From Podarcis bocagei (Eukaryota): DNA of 64,000 bases. The notes beneath the pieces were generated by a model. The model searched no databases, was not told where the DNA came from, and was given only the letters and a program-made list of their open reading frames with translations. The translations under genes and the position numbers were made by a program. The stretch lies in NCBI GenBank assembly GCA_964188305.1, contig OZ076888.1; one strand, given 5' to 3'. This document shows, one piece after another, positions 25,803 through 39,084 of the stretch (position 1 is the first letter of the stretch; each line of letters starts with the position of its first letter).

Positions 25803-25914
25803 ACTGAATTAACAGAAATAAAGCTGGTCTTCCACTCAATCCAATATTGCACTTCCCTTTGTAAGTGTATGCATACTCAGTTGTATGCATACTCAATAAG
25901 TAACTGTATAACCT

Positions 25915-26060
25915 TTGGAAGACATCTGAAGGCAAGCCAGTACAGGGACATTTTTAATGTCTGATGTTTTATTATGGTTCTGTATATGCTGGAAGCCACC
26001 CTGAGTGGCTGGGGCAACCCAGTCAGATGGGCAGGGTACAAATAATAAAATTATTATTAT
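25915..26060 (+). mobile_element. L2 3' terminal fragment
   Basis: gccaccctgagtggctggggcaacccagtcagatgggcagggtacaaataataaaattattatt; same family as 28003-28115. Confidence 0.7.
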
Positions 26061-26071
26061 AAGTAGAGCTA

Positions 26072-26510
26072 TGTGTCATCAGCATATTGCTGGCAACATA
26101 CCCCAAAGCTCCAGATGATCCATACTCAGCAGTTTCATGTGGATTTTAAACAGCATGGGGGATAAAATCAAACCCTGAGGAACACCATATTGAGGGTGCC
26201 ATGGGACCGAAGAGCACTCCCCAAGCATCACCTTCTGGGAAAAAAACCTTCTAAGTAGGACTGGATCCACCACAAAGTGGTGCCACCCACCCTGAATTCA
26301 GACAGCCACTCCAGAAGGATACCATGTCTGATGGTAGTGAAAGCCATTGAGATGTCAAGGAGAATTAACAGGGACACATTTCTCCATCACTCTCCTGATG
26401 GAGGTCATCATACTGGGCAACCAAAGCAGTCTCTTTGCCAAAACTGGGCCTAAACCCCAATTGAAATGGATCTAGAAAATCAGTTTCCTCCAGAGTGCCT
26501 GGATACCAAT
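26072..26510 (-). mobile_element. Decayed L2 reverse-transcriptase fragment
   Basis: Minus-strand remnants YGVPQGLILSPMLF and QQYADDT, with frameshifts. Confidence 0.8.
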
Positions 26511-27859
26511 AAGAGAGACTCCTGATGTTGACTGGATTCCATGGGAGGGAAGTGGAGTTTGGGAAGTGGAGTTTTAACTCATTTAGTTTGCTTTTCTATA
26601 ATATTCCATATACGCAAATCAAGGATGGCCAACGTGTGGGGTTCCAGATGTTGTGTGACTCCTATCAGGCTCAGCTGTTGGGATAATAACATCTGAAGGA
26701 TCACAGGTTCCACATCCTTGCTATAAAACCTATAATATGGATTTATAGCCTTCCTCTTTTAAGGACAGCAACAACTTAAGAGCAATAATCAGTGTTGATG
26801 TTGTCCCTACTGGGCTACCTGCTGAATAAGGCTAAATATAGGAAACGAATTACTCCAGAGCCATAGTTTCTGCCATTAGCATTTGCACGCAGTGCTCCTT
26901 ACTATTCTGGAATAACATTTGGATGAAGAAAACAACATTTGCATCAAATAGTGCAACAGGTTTGCTCCCTTTAAAGCACTCTATTTTTGAACAACCCACT
27001 GCAATGCTCAACATACATCCCCTGATATTCCCATTGCCTGAAAATATTCAATTAAAAGTACGTTTCAGAAATTAAATTACAATGTGGTTTTAACTGAAGG
27101 TATGAAATACTACATTTGCCCTGGCATTCAAGGAAAGGCTGTACTTAGCAATTTGCTTAATGGCTCCAAACATGTGATCTCAACTTAATAAATGAAAGTG
27201 CCCTCAGCTAGCACAGAATCTACTGGGGAGAGATGTCCTATATAATCTACTAGAAGGAAAGGATTAAATGATATTAATTTGCTGCACACCATGTAACTGT
27301 CAATATTTTTAAATGGAGGGTTGGCATCATCTCATTTCTGCCAAAGGTCACATGTGTCATCCAATGCCATCTGTGTTTTACACAGCGGCAATTTCAAAGA
27401 TGCCTGCAGATTCATGAAGCTTCAGGACCACCTCAATGGTACATTGTAGTGAATTACCTTCCATGTGTGTGTGTGTGGCAGGATTAAACAAACTAACAAA
27501 GCACTTGCATTGCCCTTCCCCCAATGCATAATACAGGTATCTTTCATAAACGACAGTGACTCTGTTTATGAAATTGGAGCATCAGAGTTGCCTTCTACAT
27601 CCCTACTTGTCTGATTCTGTGTGAAAATATCTGCTTCCACACTTTCAAAGATTTAGGCCCTGCCAGCTTGCAAAGTCAGGGATTGAGTCTATTGTGTTTT
27701 CTGACCCTTCTGCACAACCTGGTTTTGTTGAATTGTCAGAATTCAGCCAGCACTGAAAAAGACTCCATGGCTTATATCCCAAGGGGTTTTGTGCAAGCAG
27801 AGCTCCCACAATTGTCACCTATCCTCCCTATTGACTACAGCCTCCATGCTGTTCTAGAG

Positions 27860-27995
27860 CAGGCTTCCTCAGCCTTGGCCCTCCAGATGTTTTTGGCCTA
27901 CAACTCCCATGATCCCTAGCTAGCAGGACCAGTGGTCAGGGATGATGGGAATTGTAGTCTCAAAATATCTGGAGCGCCGAGGTTGAGGAAGCCTG
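27860..27995. mobile_element. 136-bp hAT MITE
   Basis: CAGGCTTCCTCA TIRs; TSD ttctagag/ctctagag. Confidence 0.92.
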
Positions 27996-28002
27996 CTCTA
28001 GA

Positions 28003-28115
28003 GGTTTAGGGAAGTTTTTAATGTTTGATTCTATTTTTAATATTCTGTCAGGAGCCGCCCAGAGTGGCTGGGGAAACCCAGCCAGATGGGCAGGGTATAA
28101 ATAATATATTATTAT
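28003..28115 (+). mobile_element. L2 3' terminal fragment
   Basis: gccgcccagagtggctggggaaacccagccagatgggcagggtataaataat followed by an AT-rich tail. Confidence 0.7.
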
Positions 28116-28594
28116 TAATATCAATATCATCATCATCATCATCAAGGTGACTCCCACACTCAGCTTTTGGGGGGTACTGCAGTGGGTAGCGAGAACAGCA
28201 AAACCCACAGTCACCACTCTGTACAAGTGGAAGTTCTTTCCACTTGTATGCTACAGAACCTTTGTATGCTACATATTAGCTTTGTTTTATTTATTAAATG
28301 TCTTTCTAAATTGCTATTATCAAGATTTTAACTTGAATGAGAATTGTAATATTTGGAGGAGTTGAAGCTTTTTCATTACCAGTGCAAATGTTTCGGCAAA
28401 TTAAGCTGCAGCTCAGAACTATGAACATTGGGGGGGGGGTTGTCTCAAAGCCCTGGACCTGTGGCAGTCTGAATTCACCTTCCCTGCTGTTGTCCTTAGT
28501 GAACTTTTGGGGGTCATCCTTTGGGCCAAGGCCAACTCCCTGCAATGCTGGCCAGAGTAACTGTGCCCAATGAAAATGCTCCATCCCACTAGGC

Positions 28595-28732
28595 CAGCCT
28601 TTCTCAACCTGTGGGTCCCCAGATGTTGTTGAACTGCAACTCCCATCACCCCTAGCTAGCAAAGCCAGGGCTCAGGGATGATGGGAGTTGTAGTCCAACA
28701 ACATCTGGGGACCCACAGGTTGAGAACTGCTG
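28595..28732. mobile_element. 138-bp hAT MITE (sister family)
   Basis: Arms ttctcaacctgtgggtccccagatgttgtt and its reverse complement; perfect TSD cactaggc. Confidence 0.92.
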
Positions 28733-28832
28733 CACTAGGCAACCAAAAAGTTCAGAATCATTATAGGGAAATCTTCAGAGCAAGGAACACTTTTGGGAGA
28801 AGATTTGCAACTTTTACTTTGGGCCAGTCACC

Positions 28833-28902
28833 ACTGCATTGCAGGGGGTTGGTCTAGATGACCGTTGGTGTCCCTTCCAACTCTACAAATCTATGATTCT
28901 AT
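28833..28902 (+). mobile_element. CR1 LINE 3' end; a similar remnant lies at ~7540-7578
   Basis: gggttggtctagatgacc...cccttccaactctacaaatctatgattctat, with the ATTCTATG-type CR1 tail. Confidence 0.75.
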
Positions 28903-31080
28903 AGTCAAGCAACATGAAAAAAGCTGCATGTCACCTTCCCACCTGCACAATTCCTCTGCAACGGGTAGATGATTCATTGGAGGGAGGATGCCCTGTCCTC
29001 TAGCTGCTAAGAAAGCACTACTCATGAGCAATTAGCACCTTCCTTGACTCAATATGCCTTACTCATGTGTGTGACACAAATGATCCTGCCTTTGTTAATA
29101 GATTCAGCGGAGAAAATCACTCTCGACGCTAAATTTTAAAATTAGATTATTTTTAATCTGATGGCAACTTTCCAGAGGGAATTGCGTTGACACTTTCAAA
29201 TTACTTCACTTGGGATCTCAAGTCAAATTAGAACAGAAAAGCATTTGATGGAAAAGGCCACTTCATGAAGTAATACATTTTACAGTTCTTTCTTACGCCA
29301 CTTTTACAGTCTATGGTTTGCCAGTCCAATCATATGGAAAGGTAATCCAGTTTTTTAAAAAAAGTGGGGGTGGGGAGCAACATTAATATTTTCATATCAT
29401 TTCAGACAACTACCTGACTGATGACAGGTAAATACCCCCTGGCAGATGTTGGATTTCAGTAAAAAGATGAACTTTAGGACAGAATTTTTATCTGAGGCAT
29501 TTGCAATAAGATATATATCTATATATGGATAGGCAAGTATAATCTCAGTTAGATGATAGCTTGTTTGATTGGATTACCAGGATACTGAAATATTTCTACA
29601 AAGTATTGAAAATATTCATATTAAAACTCTGTAATCTGATATGGCAGGGCACTGCTGATAGCTTGAGATAGGTCAGCTTAGTTCAGGGGCAGCAAATATG
29701 GTCCCTTCAAGACATTGATGGACTACCAACTCTCACTGATGGACTACCAATCCCTGACACTGACCCTGCTGGCTGAGCTGATGAGAGTTGTAGTCCAATA
29801 GCTGGAGAGCAGTATGTTGACTAGCCCTGGTTCAGTTACTAGCAGAGTTATTTGTCAGCTTTGGGGTGGATGGGAAGGAGATAATCCCTTTATAATCAGA
29901 AAGTCCAATACACCAAAAGGGGACGGGCAACGTATAATGTTTCTATATGTGAATTTACCACTAAAGTTTTATTTGTGAACCAAATTTTCACAAGGTTCAG
30001 CTTTCGTATTGAAATTTGAAATTTCAACCCACAAAAATGTTTCATCCAGCTATAATGCACCTTACACGAAGGAAATTAAAACAGAGTTTCCCTGTTAATT
30101 TAAGTTGCACAAAAATGAAAACTAAACTAAACTGGTAGACCTTGCCCCATTCTGCAAGTGCTTTTTAAGAATGTGTGAACTGACTGCTGAATCAGAACAA
30201 AGTCCCCCTAGTCCAGGACTAGATCTCTTAAGCCGCCAAAGTTTGACTGTTTTTTTTAATCTGTGCAACCAGTCACTCCCATTTTCCTACACAGGCAACA
30301 GCCATTTCGCATGTGGGTTATGTTCCTGGCCCCTGCACATGTTGACCGAGTGCGCATAAGCATGCCCAGCCCTGTTCCACCCCACTTTGGCCTCATTATG
30401 CCCCGTTCCCCCCCATTCTTCCTTCTTCCAGGTCAACAATTGTGCATCATTTGGACATTCCTAAAATGGTCACTGTCTGTACAAACTTCCACTTCCTGTT
30501 TGCAGATTTCAGCTCTGTAAACACAAAGCATTTACTATGTGAACAACTCACAGTTCACTGCATTGTGAGTCCCTTGTGAGGCAGTGGCAATAGTCCAGCT
30601 TCCTATGGAGGCTCTAGCAGTTGGGCTAGGGCCAAGGATTCAGACAGCAAGGGGGGTGGGTCTGATTACTCATATTACCCTAAGCCTAGCCAACCCTACT
30701 TACTTGCTGGTAATCAATAACATTATGGCCTCTTTTTATCCATGGTTGGTCTGGTCTACCTTTTCTCTGCTGCCAGGGGCCAGACATCTGCACATGGGCA
30801 CAAGCAGACTCTTGCTTAGTCCCTCCCTATTCCTGCTTTGCTCCTTAGCCTTTGTGCTCCTTCTGCAGACTCCTCATGCCTTTGAGCCTTGCTACATGCA
30901 TCTCTCCTTGCACTTTCCTCCTCATCTGCTTCTAGAATTGACCTCAGCTTGGCTCTCCGGTCCACAATTTCACCTTGCTCCCGAGACAGATGCTTTCATC
31001 AGCTTACCTATAACTGGAATAAGATAGCTCTGCAATCCAAGTCTTTCTTTTCTGCCTCCTAGTTTGCCCTAACCATCTAC

Positions 31081-31217
31081 CATACCCTCCAAAATTTCTC
31101 CAATGAAAACAGGGACATCCTAAGGAAAAGTGGGACATTAAGTGATCAAATCAGAAATTGAGACAGCTTCTCTAAATCAGGTACAACCCTGGAAAATAGG
31201 GATACTTGGAGGGTCTG
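31081..31217. mobile_element. hAT-like MITE
   Basis: Ends CATACCCTCCAA / TTGGAGGGTCTG with internal gggaca repeats; TSD not preserved. Confidence 0.55.
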
Positions 31218-33210
31218 CTCTAGAGAGACAGCAGGACATGGAGACTCTCTGTGTAGTTCAAGTAATCTTGGTAGTATGCTGTTAAACATGGGAGCTCCAT
31301 TTAGCTATTGGGGAAGGATTTACACTTACACAGCAGAACTTTCTCCTCTCTTTTCCATGTGTGCACCCCACACCCTCCCCACATTCAGAGCATTGCGGGG
31401 CAGGGGGGGACCCAGAACAGATTTTGGAGGTATGTGGAGGTGCTGTTTCCATTGCACAAGGGTGATCCTTTTGCTGATGGAATAAGTTACTTAACACTAC
31501 TTCGGATACAACCCATTAGATGTTGATCAACCCATTCTCCATGAATTTATTCAACTTCTTTGAGGCACTTAGAATTAAGACCGTATTTCATACAAGAAAA
31601 TCAACCTTTTCTAGCCTGTGGGCCACATTCCCTCCCAAGTGACTTTTTTTTATAAAAAAACAAAGTTTTAAATGAATTTTTGTTAAATATAAAAACATGT
31701 ACACACCAGGGGCAAACAGGTAAGTAACAAAGCAGCTTTCCAGGGGCCGCACTCTAATAGTGGACGGGGCTAGAGTAGAAAAGTGGATAGAGCAATGAGA
31801 TTCTTACCTTTGTTTTGTAGGCTACATTCCAGACATACAAAAATCACCCACCCACCCACCTCCATCCATGCAAGCAAAAGGCATTATATCCAACCAGGCA
31901 AAAGCATTTGAAGAAGGCAGGGGGCAGGGCTGGTGAGGCATGTGGCCTGGCCTAAGGAATGGTGCCTGGAAAGGAAGCATGGCTTGGGGAGAGTCCCAAA
32001 GTTCAGATACAAAGACCTGGATAATTTCTCGTCTGTGACTGTAATGAATCGATTCATTCATTCAAAGACCTGGGTAGTCAAATTTGGGCCCTGGGCCTGA
32101 GGTTCCACATCCCTGGTTTATGTTTTGCTAAAAAGAAACACAAATCCACAACACCTCAATATTGCACTTTTCCCCAAATTTGCATTTGTGTGTTTGAAAT
32201 ATGTTCTGCCAGCTATAGAAGATATTAGCAACCAATTTCATTGTTGTTGTGACGTATATTCGTGGATTGGTGTCACTGCAGGCAGATTCTGAGGACTGTG
32301 GAAGTTCATCGTCCTTTGCACCTGTCCTTTTCATTAATATCATTCCCTTGGGTAATGTCACCCTTTCCCCTAACCTTTACAGTACAAGTCACGAGTAATG
32401 AAAGTGTTTGTCGAGAACCACTATGGCATTTCTGAAGGCAGAAGATCAACATTCAGCACAGAAAACTAACCAGATCAGGCTTTGCTGATGCACGCAACAA
32501 ATGGATGGTGCCATTTTGCTCAGAGTATTCCTTTATTAATGAGATTCAACCCCTTTAGTGAACTCAGAATGTAATTGGTCAGCAGTCAAGATTCTTTCTT
32601 CAGTCTGAGTCTGTCAATAAAATTTAATTCCTTCTGGGAATGTACTTAATTTAATAGATAATAAAGCTTCTCTGGTATATGTATATAGTAGCTTTTCTGT
32701 TTTAGAAAGATCTAGAAACATTATAAATTGCAATAGTCCATTAAAGTGCAGGCATAATTTCTAATAATGTGTATGTTTCAGAAAGGGCTGTGTCCATTAA
32801 ATTTCATCTAAGTGTTTCAGTTGGGGTGGGGGAACTACTTTGGTAAAATATTTGTATAGGATTAGGAAATTTTTGCTATCCTTTAAAAAGGTTTTTAAGA
32901 ATAAAGGACCCCAAATCCCTCCGTTCACATTATCCTGCACACCCTGGAACCTTGTTGTTTTGTAACACTAAAATGTTTGATGTCTGTTTTCGATTCCCTC
33001 TTTCAAAAACCCTCCTTCCTGGTTTAAGCACAGTCTCTTGTCACTGGGAGGCCAATGTTTGTACATTAAATTCATTACACGTGACAGCTGGATTCAAGGT
33101 AGATTGGTTATCTGAATAATATTCTGTCCTGTAGCAACTAAGGATAATTTGGCCACATGATGGAGCAATCAGATGGTTACTTTGCTTGTAAAATTTACAA
33201 GATTCACCAC

Positions 33211-33388
33211 TAGGGTTGCCACATTTCAAAAAGTAAAAACCAGGATACCCCAAAAATTGTTGACTATTTTTTTTAATTGACTTGCCCAAGATCCAGGACT
33301 GTCGCCTGCCAGAAATTCCCCCCAGATGTCATTTTTTCTTTTGAAATCCCAGTAATGTCCAGGAAAATCCAGGTGTATGACAGCCCTA
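33211..33388. mobile_element. 178-bp hAT (Tip100-like) MITE
   Basis: TIRs TAGGGTTGCCACA / TATGACAGCCCTA; perfect 8-bp TSD ttcaccac. Confidence 0.88.
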
Positions 33389-34521
33389 TTCACCACAGAT
33401 AGAAAGCTAATTTTATACCCTACTCCTTTCAGCAGGCTTTTATGGTGATTTAGTTATCTGATCACTTTTTTTGGTTTCTTGGTTTCCTTTCATCTGTTGC
33501 CTGTATATTTTGTTTTGTATTTGAAGATATATTTTAATGTTCTTTCTTGCAAAATATGCACTTCTGTCACATTTTATCCTCAATGCATATTTTTATATGC
33601 ATTCTGGTACATTGTTTCCCTCTTTGAGAACTGCATCACAAAATTTGAGAAGGATAACTGCATCCTACTCCTCCACATTTGTCTGGGTGGTAAGAATCAA
33701 GTCAGTTCTTATCAGAATTTGCAAAGGTCAATTCCCTGAAGCTAGACATGCGAGGTGGTACTTTGATTAGGACCCCACTTGACTGAGTCCTGTCCATATA
33801 TCCCCCTCCTTTTTTGTGCATCTGCTCAGCAAAGTTCTATCTACCCTGTTCAACCTCTTCAATCTCCTAAGAAGCTTAGCCAGGCTGCATGTAGTAATGT
33901 CAGCATCAACCCACTGAAGGACTGGACTATGGCCAAAAAGTGATTCATAACAGGTAGCAATAACATCTATTCCAAACTCCACACTATTGACCCTGGAACT
34001 ATGGTGTATTTTTAGACACTGACTGAAAGATGAAGAACATTTTGCAATGCCCATGTCTCCGTGTTAATTACATTGTTCTATACAAAGGTACTAGGATGGC
34101 AGCAAAGTTTCAACCAGGTCATTTCTGCTTTAGGAGTATTAAAGGAAAATATCAGGCTATCAGCTTTCTGGATTAGATGAAGTAAAATGCATGGCTGGCA
34201 AGATCACAGGATGAATTTGTCTAGGGGCTGTCCTTCAGACAGGAGGTGCAAGGGCAGAATATATGGTTGTTGCTCCATACGGAAAACAAAAACAAAACCC
34301 TGCACATACAAAACTGGTACATCAGACTCAGTTAGAAGCCTCCTCCCGGGCATGCTAGCCTCCTTGGTCATCTAGGTTACTCTTTCGATAGATATATTGA
34401 TATAGATTGGGGTGGGGAGCTTAAATTTTTAGAAATTAATAAATGGTAGGATTTTGATTATTGGTAGTATTGAAGGGAAGGTGGGAGGCCAGAAGAAAAG
34501 TACAAGCTAAACTTCCTTTCC

Positions 34522-35005
34522 TTTTTTTTTTTTTAAAAAAAATGATATTTATTGAAAAAAAGAATTTTTTAAAAAAAATTACAAAGAAAAAAGACAAAAG
34601 CAGAAAACAGAAAAATAAAAAAATAAAACCATCATTTTCAAATTCTCCACATTCATTACCTTCTTTCCATGACCTCCTCCTCCTCCCATCTCTTGTATCT
34701 TGATTAATAATTGTCACAGCAAATCCTTTCCATAATTCATAATATTCCGTCATTACATTACCTTACTCTATTTTCATCTTATCTTATAAAAAACCTTAAA
34801 ACTTAAATCTTATTTTTACCAGCTTCTCATAACCATTACCTTTTTACCTAATTCTTTAAACATTTTTACAAGAGCCAAGTAATTTCATTTCAACATTTTT
34901 CCAACGTTCATAAAACATTTCTAATAATAATAATAAAAAGAGAATAAAGACAATCCAATCTTCTTCCAGCGTCCCCCCCCCCCCCCCCGATCCTGGGATT
35001 GTCAG
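34522..35005 (-). mobile_element. 5'-truncated L1-type 3' end related to the 53611-55727 element
   Basis: Poly(T) at 34522. The minus strand shares gaaaggactgacaa, ggaagaagattgga and ggaggaggtc blocks with 55240-55525. Candidate TSD tcctttcc at 34514-34521 / 35006-35013. Confidence 0.8.
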
Positions 35006-35224
35006 TCCTTTCCAAGATAGGGTCTCACCTGGGATAGAGGCATTAACATGAAAAAAGGTGTTGATGGCCCATCTAAGAGGAATCTTGGGCCTGGGCACAC
35101 AGAGATTGCCATGGTGATTGGGGGGGGGGTGTTCAAAGTGACAGGAAAGCAGAGTCTATAGAGGAAGGTGTGCTGGGAAAAAGAAGGGGAGAAGAAAGAC
35201 TGAGATCCATCTTTGACCCCAGTA

Positions 35225-35466
35225 CAGTGGTACCTCAGGTTAAGTACTTAATTCGTTCTGGAGGTCCCTTCTTAACCTGAAACGGTTCTTAACCTGAAGC
35301 ACCACTTTAGCTAATGGGGCCTCCTGCTGCTGCCGCACTGCCAGAGCACGATTTCTGTTCTCATCGTGAAGCAAAGTTCTTAACCTGAAGCACTATTTTT
35401 GGGTTAGTGGAGTCTGTAACCTGAAGCATATGTAACCTGAAGCGTATGTAACCTGAGGTACCACTG
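35225..35466. mobile_element. 242-bp Tigger-like MITE (opposite orientation to the other two)
   Basis: CAGTGGTACCTCAGGTTA TIRs; TA TSD. Confidence 0.93.
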
Positions 35467-35521
35467 TACTGTACTGTACTGCTGTGTGGAACAAGCCCCA
35501 CTTGAAATCACCATGCTGTAA

Positions 35522-35887
35522 GGGACGCGGGTGGTGCTGTGGGTTAAACCACATAGCCTAGGGCTTGCTGATCCAAAGGTCAGTGGTTCGAATCCCCCCG
35601 ATGGGGTGAGCTCCCGTTGCTCAGCCCCTGCTCCTGCCAACCTAGCAGTTCGAAAGCACATCAAAGTGCAAGTAGATAAATAGGTACCGCTCTGGCGGGA
35701 AGGTAAATGGCATTTCTGTGCGCTGCTCTGATTTGCCAGAAGAGGCTTAGTCATGCTGGCCACATGACCCGGAAGCTGTCTGTGAACAAATGCCGGCTCC
35801 CTCAGCCTACAGAGCGAGATGAGTGCTGCAACCCCGGAGTTGTCCGTGACTGGACTTAACGGTCAGGGGTCCCTTTACCTTTACTTT
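35522..35887 (+). mobile_element. Sauria SINE
   Basis: Full head, body and ccctttacctttac tail. Confidence 0.93.
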
Positions 35888-36902
35888 TAAGATCCAGACT
35901 CCCTCCATGCAGACTGAAGGTGTACACATGTGAACAAATCATCTTTCTTAAAGCTACGCCAGTCCCCACGGCATCTTCTATTCTCCAAAAGAGCACAAAC
36001 TCTAGGTGACTGCCTGGAACCCCCTGGTATCATACTACCATTCAGCAGAGTGGGGATGACACCCAGCTTCTGTCACACTATTTATAAAACAGATGTTTCA
36101 AAATTGTAAGGAATAACACAGAGTCAGGCTTCTGAATGGTCCTTCTAAATGGGTTTTTGTGTGTGATCCCTTCTTATGATCAAAAATGATAATTGGGACA
36201 AAATTTCTCTTGCCATTACCATTCGCTTTGTCTTACATATGGGGAGCCATATGGATAGAAAGCTTTTGGAAAGGCGGATTTGTTATCTAGTTCACCTCAA
36301 TTATTCATAAATACGCCGTAATGCATTTGGAGGGCATCTCTATTGAAACCATTTCATTGACAATGGGTAGCAAAGCTGTAGATGGCACCTTCTCCACATT
36401 AACCTGTCTATAGCAAGGTCATGAGATAATGGCATGTACATTACAGTATTTACTTTGCACGCAGTGGAGTCACTATGTCAACTATCCAGAAAGATCATGA
36501 AAAAAGCAGCTCTATTTGCGTCATGATTCCGTCCTTCCATAGGCACAAATCCTTTGATTAGAGCTGGCTATTATTCAGTCCTGGGAAACGGCATCACGTT
36601 GCATGTGAAGCATATGTTTATTAATGCAACAACTAAATAAGACATTGACCCACATAATCTTGACCCAGATAAATATCTGCCTTTGTCAGTGATACCCAGC
36701 TTTTTACTATCCAAGTGTTTAGATTACCGTAGCACCTTGAATCTTTGGCTACTCGTTACTGGGTGCATCTACCTTGCACTGATAAGAAGCAGGAAATCCT
36801 ACTCTGATGCTTGCTGCCTCCAAGTCCGTTATCGAAGCTTACCCTCAACTAATATTGGAAATGAGCACATTGGAGATGTTGAGAAATCATCCCTGATCCT
36901 TG

Positions 36903-36944
<42 letters not shown>
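36903..36944. repeat. (CAT)n microsatellite
   Basis: Read directly from the sequence. Confidence 0.95.
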
Positions 36945-38721
36945 ACCTTCTTTCTTTTATATGCTACACATTTGATTTGACCTGGTCACTGGTTGTTCCC
37001 AGCACAATAACACCAAGCCAGCTTCATATCCAGCCTTTGTTTGCAGCACCAGTTGAAAGCCACAGGTTATGACATTGCACTCTTGCAGCAGTCATTGCAA
37101 GCCATCCAAACACATTTTCCACTGTGGCAGATCACAGGGTTGGATAGTTTTCCTGGAGGACTGACCTACAGCATGTTGTCATTGACAAAGCATGAATCCC
37201 ATAGCATATTTGAAGCATGAAGTTCACTGAGCACAATCTTAGCCAGTAGCAATTTCAAAAATATAAAAGTAGTCTGTGCCTTTCTATTTTGTTTTATTGG
37301 CCTATGGCAGGGGTAGCCAACATCGTGCTGTCTTCTCGACACTACCACATTATTGCAATCAAATGACATTATGATCTTTGATAAATTAATAATTGTCAAA
37401 CCCTTCAATGTGGCCATTTGCAGAATTCTGGGCTTTGTATCTATGGAAGACTTCCTTGAAGTCAATGACACACATTTCCAAGCAGATACATTTAGGAGAG
37501 AGATGCTAATCCAATATTGCATTGTATTTTGTCAGCTAAGACAAAATTTGTATCAGCAATAAATCAAGTCTTGCTGCACATGCAGCCGTGTAAGATGTCA
37601 AAGGTACTCAGCCCACGCTGGGGCTGAAAGCCTATTTACACTTCTCCTTGAGTAAGCCCCATTGAACACAATTTGACTTACTTCAAAGTAAACAAGCATA
37701 GGATGGCACTGCAAGATCCTTCTTATGTCTGTCTGTCCCTTTCACACACACTCTCCCCCTCCCACATCCCTTGTTCTGCTTTAGATCCAGCTCTCTAGCT
37801 AAGCTAAACATAAATGCACACATAAAAGAATATGAAAGAGAGTTGTTTTCTTAAAGGAAAGCAAAAAATAGATGTGCTTACATTTGCTGAAGGGTTAGTC
37901 TTCAGTGTGTGGCTTGCCATAGATTATGAGGGGTTGAGATGACAGCTGTTCATTACAATTACTTGTTCTTTACAAGAGCTTAGCTCTGCTCTTGCCTGGC
38001 TGGCCCATTTCTGTTAGCTCTGGCACAGAATGGAAGCAGCAGACATGCTCCTCCTCCTTTGCAACATCTGTCTACTTATTCCCGGGAATGAGCAAAACAA
38101 AGCCGCATGCAGTGGCACTTCAGTGCTCGGAATGGGACTAAGGCTGGACCAAAGAGTGCTGGAGCTGCATATAAATGACGATGTGCAAGACTTTCACCAT
38201 TAAGTGCATTGGGATTGGAAGGTGCTCAGTGGGAGTGAATGAAAAGATTAGCAGTTGCTGGGAATCAGAGGTCCTGCTTGCGGACATCTGGTTGTCCACT
38301 GTGAGGACAGAATTCTGGATTGGATGGGTCTTTGGCCTGATCAGCAGGACTCTTTCTGTATTCTTATTATGGCCATGGATTTACCTCTGGCTGCAACTAG
38401 GAGGCCTTCATGAGCAGACCTGCTGCTCTACCTGCTCAAAATCCACAGCACCCAAGGATGCTGTCCCAAGACCATAGGATTGCACCCTGAACCTCTTGCC
38501 CTTGTCTCTATGGAGATAAAAGAAAAGCACCTCACCTTCTGATGCAATAAATAAATGCATAAAAGAGTGTGCAATGGAGCGGGCTTGAATTATGTCAATC
38601 TTGCCAAAAACAATGTTAGCCACTGTAGCCATACAACACATTCATTCTCAATAAGCTCATTCAGATTTCGTTGTTATTGCCAATAGCAGTATTAAATGAT
38701 CCTAATATATAAGCTATTTTG

Positions 38722-39050
38722 AGGTAAAGGGACCCCTGACCATTAGGTCCAGTTGTGACCGACTCTGGGATTGCGGCACTCATCTCGCTTTATTGGCTTC
38801 TGGGTCATGTGGCCAGCATGACTAAGCCGCTTCTGGGGAACCAGAGCAGTGCATGGAAATGCCGTTTACTTTCCCGCCAGAGCGGTAACTATTTATCTAC
38901 TTGCACTTTGACGTGCTTTTGAACTGCTAGGTTGGCAGGAGCAGGGACCAAGCAATGGGAGCTCACCCTGTCGTGGGGATTCAAACCACCAACCTTCTGA
39001 TCGACAAGCCCTAGGCTCTGTGGTTTAACCCACAGCGCCACCCGCGTCCC
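38722..39050 (-). mobile_element. Sauria SINE with a small internal deletion
   Basis: Homologous to the other copies; TSD tataagcta(t/c)tttg. Confidence 0.92.
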
Positions 39051-39084
39051 TTTTATAAGCTACTTTGGAGTGGGGATATTTTTC

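Noticed and set aside
30584-31027. 147-aa ORF; similarly the 152-aa ORF at 42170-42628
   Set aside because: No homology that I recognise, low-complexity composition, and a length compatible with chance in 64 kb.
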